From a virus: a DNA stretch of 64,000 bases. Positions 60,083-64,000 of this stretch are shown here, in pieces. The stretch covers positions 32,001 to 96,000 of IMG/VR virus record IMGVR_UViG_3300042896_000657; one strand, written 5' to 3'. A model generated the notes under the pieces. It saw only the letters and a list, made by a program, of their open reading frames with translations, did not search any database and had not been told where the DNA came from. How positions within the stretch are numbered: the first letter of the stretch is position 1; the number at the start of each line of letters is the position of its first letter. The position numbers and the translations under genes are program-made.

Positions 60083-60188
60083 AGTCAGGTGGCGGAATGG
60101 TAGACGCTATCTAAAAGATCATATGAAAGGGTGATATAAGACTGAAACGAATAAACCCAATCTACAGGTTCGAGTCCTGTCCTGACTA
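60083..60188 (+). ncRNA. tRNA-like scaffold RNA, copy 9
   Basis: Conserved ends; unique core. Confidence 0.75.
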
Positions 60189-60189
60189 C

Positions 60190-60345
60190 AACGCGTTTCA
60201 TATCCGCGTTACAAACGACGAAAGGTCTTCATATCACCTTAGTCACGATGACTTAGTACATGCACCGTTTCATATCCGGTTTGAGGTTGGAAAAGTCATT
60301 TATTTTAATTATCTAAAGCACCTAAGCCGCTCTCGCGGCTTTTGG
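60190..60345 (+). ncRNA. Candidate sRNA with three hairpins displaying YTTCATATC loops, ending in a terminator-like hairpin
   Basis: AACGCG-TTTCATATC-CGCGTT; AAGGT-CTTCATATC-ACCTT; ACCG-TTTCATATC-CGGT; AAGCCGC-TCTC-GCGGCTT-TT. Confidence 0.65.
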
Positions 60346-63300
60346 TGTTGGATTTAACGCATAACACCGTTTATTCAATGGTGTTCTGTCATAATCACCA
60401 TCGTACATTGACGGTATAGATAATTAAAACAAACAAAGATATGAAACTATTAACATTCCCAATCGCGCAATCAAAAAAATCAATTTCAATAATTGTAAAT
60501 TCAAACAAATTAAAATCTGAAGTAAAGATACTATATCCAAACAAAATAATTGTTGATTTAGTTGATTTATTAGTTATTGAAAAAATGTTGGATCGTAATT
60601 ACTTAAACTATAGATAATCACAATCCACCTCGTACATTAACGTATAAGATATGAATGATATGAAAACAATACAAATTACACAAGATGAAATCCGAATGGC
60701 TACAAGGCCTAATGTTTATAGAAGTAAAAAACATTATACACGTAAATCTAAACATAAAACATTATAAATAAAGATATGGAATTAACAGAACAACAAAAAC
60801 AAACAGTATTAGATATTTTATCATTTGCTGATGGTGAGGATATGGAGGAAATAATTGATAGATCTACATTTAAAGATTATTTAACAAGATCATTAATTAT
60901 GGATTGTATAGATGATATAGATTTAAAATATTACTTATCTGAACGTGATGAATTAATTAAAATCTTAAAAAATAGATAAATATGTTTGAAGAACAAGTAT
61001 TTTGGAAAGATGGAGTTGATGGTGAATTTAAGGGTGGAATATTCATTAGAGCATTTGATTTAGTAAAGTTTCTAGAGAAAGTCGAAGCTGATAGTGAAGG
61101 TGGTGAAGTTGTTGGATTAAAGTTTGATGGCAATAATCTAGAGATAATCGTTAAGTCAGAATCCTAATCGTACATTGACGGTATAGATAAAAAGATATGA
61201 ACATAGAAAAAGTAAAGCAAGCCGTAGAATTACAAAAACAAATGAATACTGATATTGATGTATTTGGATGTACTAGTGAGTATAATTGTAAAATGGTAGA
61301 GCGCTTAGTTGATAATATGAGCGATGAAGAAGGCGATTTATTTATAGAATTAATGAATGGATAATCACAATCCCCCTCGTACATTGACAGTATAGATAAA
61401 AAGATATGAATATGACCCAAGAAGAAATTTACCAAGCACAACAAGATCACAAGGAATACCAGAGGTTGATCAACACGGTTGAAATATTAACTCAAGCAGA
61501 ATATGAATTCTGTAAGGCATGGGATGATGAGGAAACTTGGAAATACCTATTCGATTTAACTGGTGGTAGATGGTTAAACACTAACGTGTATAGTGAGGCT
61601 GAGCATCACGATCATATCTATAGAATGGAATGTGGCTTGTAATGTCACAATCCATTCAGTATATTAACGTATTAGATAATTAGATAAGATATGAAACAAA
61701 ATCCAATTAATGTAAGTGAATTAAATGAAGATAGATATGAAATTATTAATAATTTAGTTAATATTGAATTAGTTAAAAAATTTATTAATGATGTCGAAGC
61801 GTTAGAAATTGATTTAATGAAATCAAATATCCAAGCAAAAGAAATATATCAATATTTGTTAACAATAATGGTTAATCAATGTTAGAATAGTCAGAATCAC
61901 CATCGTACATTAACGTATTAGATAATTAAAACAAAAACGATATGATCACAAAAACACAATTAAAAGCCGGATTACAATTCAGGTACAAAACAATGAAATA
62001 CACACTTAAAGGTGAAGAAGATCAATATTATATTATTGGAGGTGGTTTAATGGGTTATGTAGGTAATGTAGAATCAATAGGAACCAAGTCATTTACATTA
62101 TATACCTATGTAATGGGTAAAGCAGTTAAGGTAAAGGTTAATTATAGTGATTGTGAGTTGGTGGTTGAATAACCCCAATTCACCTCGTACATTAACGGTA
62201 TAGATAATTAAAACGATATGAAAAACGAAATCAATAATATTAGTATTTGTGAATTAATGGATATCATCTTTCCTGGTTATTGGGACAAGCAACTATACAC
62301 TCAGATGTCTTATGATGATGAATGTAAAGCAGTGGGTGAATGGTGTAGGATTAATAATTATGTTCTTTATGAAAAATGTAATGAAGATTACTTTGAGTGG
62401 GAAGCATTCCAACTAGCCACTACTGGTAGATATGATGGGGTGGTATTAAGTAACTTAAGTTAAATGAGTTGCCTGTCAGAATCATAATCGTACATTGACG
62501 GTATAGATAATTAAAACAAATAAGATATGAACAAGCAAACACTTTCAAAATTAATCGAAATCACATTAGCAGACACTAATGAGTTATTTAAAAACAAAAC
62601 CGAATCAGAGGCTTATATAATTGGATACCTCCAAGGTACACTAAAAACGATTCAAAAAGAATTAAATGAAGGTTTATTTTACGGTATAGAAAAATAAGAT
62701 ATGACAAAGACAGAACGCAACAAAACAATCAACAAATTAGTCTACAAATATGCTGAATCATTAGGCTATGAGGTGGATATGAGTGAGATAGATGTTAATT
62801 TCATCCCCGAATCAGGTAATATGGATGATTGTATTGAATATAGAAGATCATCACACTCAGTGGCTGCCTATAATTGGGCATGTGCAAAAACATTGAATGA
62901 TGAAAAGTTGATTGAGGATTATATTGATGATGTGAGTGTGTTAAGTGATGATGAATTAGCTGATCAAATGCGTGCTGTACAAAAATAGGCGCATCGTACA
63001 AAAAAGGTGCGATTTGTAAAAAAGGAGTCATCGCTAGCGGCCCGCTAATGGGTCGCGTGCGTTCCTCTCCCATGGCAATTGCGGTCCATCGATGGTGCGC
63101 GTGTTTGTAAAAAACACCAGGTGTATTCTCAACGCAACAACAACCTCCAACCATCGACAGTATATACGCATATACCTCCATAAATCAAATCCAAATTTCA
63201 AAATAACCCCTTTTGGACCACTTTGCGCAATCCGCAATTCAAACTCTTGAACGATTTTTTTGTCTAAAAACAAGTATATACGAAAAATGTGGCTTGGTCA

Positions 63301-63592
63301 AGATTTCTCTCGTATTTTTTATTAAAATTAAAATAATTTAAACATTTACAAACACATTTACAACTATGAACAATCACAAAGAACACTACAAATTGAAACA
63401 AGATTATTATGGTAATGAGGATTACAGAAAACGAGCATTTTGGATATTAAATTCAGATAACAAATATTCATGTAATTTTGTGTTTTTTCAAGACCTTAAA
63501 GAATGGGTTGAATGGAAAAGAGATGAAGGACACACCGTAGAAATTAAATATGCAGAAGGACATAAAAATATAATAACTTAAAAAATAAAAAT

Positions 63593-63856
63593 ATGAAAGC
63601 ATTTAAAGATTTAGAATTCAAAAAATTACCCGACTTAAGTGGAATATATTGTCGCATTATATTTGAAAATGGATTTGGTGCAAGCATTGTAAAACACAAA
63701 TTTTCATATGGTGGCGATAAAGGATTATATGAAATCGCAGTATTAGATGATATTAACGGTTCACCAATCTATTATACGTCAGTTACTGATGATGTGTTAG
63801 GACATCTTTCTGAAGATGAGGTTATGTTCCATTTAAATGAAATTGAAAATCTATAA
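63593..63856 (+). CDS. Conserved phage hypothetical protein
   Basis: FENGFGASIV..SYGG..GLYEIAVL..DVLGHLS. Confidence 0.7.
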   Translation: MKAFKDLEFKKLPDLSGIYCRIIFENGFGASIVKHKFSYGGDKGLYEIAVLDDINGSPIYYTSVTDDVLGHLSEDEVMFHLNEIENL

Positions 63857-64000
63857 TAAAAATGACAAAGCGAATATCTTTGGATGAGGCAAAACAAAAC
63901 TTTTTGCCTAAACCCTCAAACATGCCATTAAATAAAGATACATTTTTTACATTAACTCCAGACCCACTAGATTCTGTTACTAATATTATTAATTATTGGA

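Larger units (their letters stand above)
56970..62530 (+). promoter_or_regulatory. Repeated promoter/leader RTCASAATC-N4-TCGTAYATTRA..GTATAGATAATTAAAAC..GATATG before most small genes
   Basis: Copies at 56970, 57212, 57422, 57682, 57916, 58372, 58941, 59275, 60388, 60617, 61155, 61364, 61644, 61890, 62172 and 62475; weaker copies elsewhere (31405, 43718, 45398, 48702, 50314, 53393, 55718, 56229, 56718). Confidence 0.85.

Noticed and set aside
34148-60188. Scaffold repeats as a CRISPR array
   Set aside because: Copies are dispersed and bipartite with tRNA arms, core lengths vary widely, and no cas operon is visible.
62801-63273. Minus-strand ORFs 62801-63181 and 63034-63273
   Set aside because: Atypical composition in a repeat-like non-coding flank, partly overlapping a + strand gene.
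1-64000. Stop-codon reassignment
   Set aside because: Recognisable genes are full length under code 11, TAA/TAG/TGA all end genes at sensible places, and no suppressor tRNA was seen.

Overview
A 64-kb, very AT-rich segment of a large lytic dsDNA phage, with essentially all genes on the + strand. The host is probably in Bacteroidota (DUF4494-like protein, TonB receptor/lipoprotein pair, Shine-Dalgarno-poor start sites). Layout: (1) 1-8.5 kb, replication and chaperones: PolB C-terminus, sliding clamp, Hsp20, GroES/GroEL, clamp loader, PD-(D/E)XK nuclease. (2) 8.5-18 kb, glycosyltransferase/methyltransferase island. (3) 19.7-30.3 kb, secreted, outer-membrane and lysis proteins: CsgG-like, cohesin-like, GH19, L,D-transpeptidase-like, TonB receptor. 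(4) 31.2-36.7 kb, an RNA operon with about 26 tRNA genes, a tmRNA, a ~880-nt GOLLD-like RNA and several tRNA-like RNAs. (5) 36.7-55 kb, accessory genes: QueE, PRTase, nucleases, cell-wall hydrolases and an RNA-repair set. (6) 55.3-63.3 kb, small putative early genes, most with their own repeated promoter, bracketed by repeat-rich non-coding DNA. The most interesting signals are in non-coding or unannotated DNA. (a) A 40-codon leader ORF contains all 20 amino acids within its first 28 codons and overlaps an antiterminator/terminator pair directly in front of the tRNA operon; it is a candidate pan-tRNA-depletion attenuator. (b) Nine dispersed tRNA-like RNAs share a constant acceptor/D/T scaffold but have unrelated cores. 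(c) A small RNA carries three hairpins whose 9-nt loops (YUUCAUAUC) are complementary to the GAUAUGAA start context of the early genes. (d) Two Ile-anticodon tRNAs share a rearranged architecture lacking the D arm. All calls were made by eye, without database searches.
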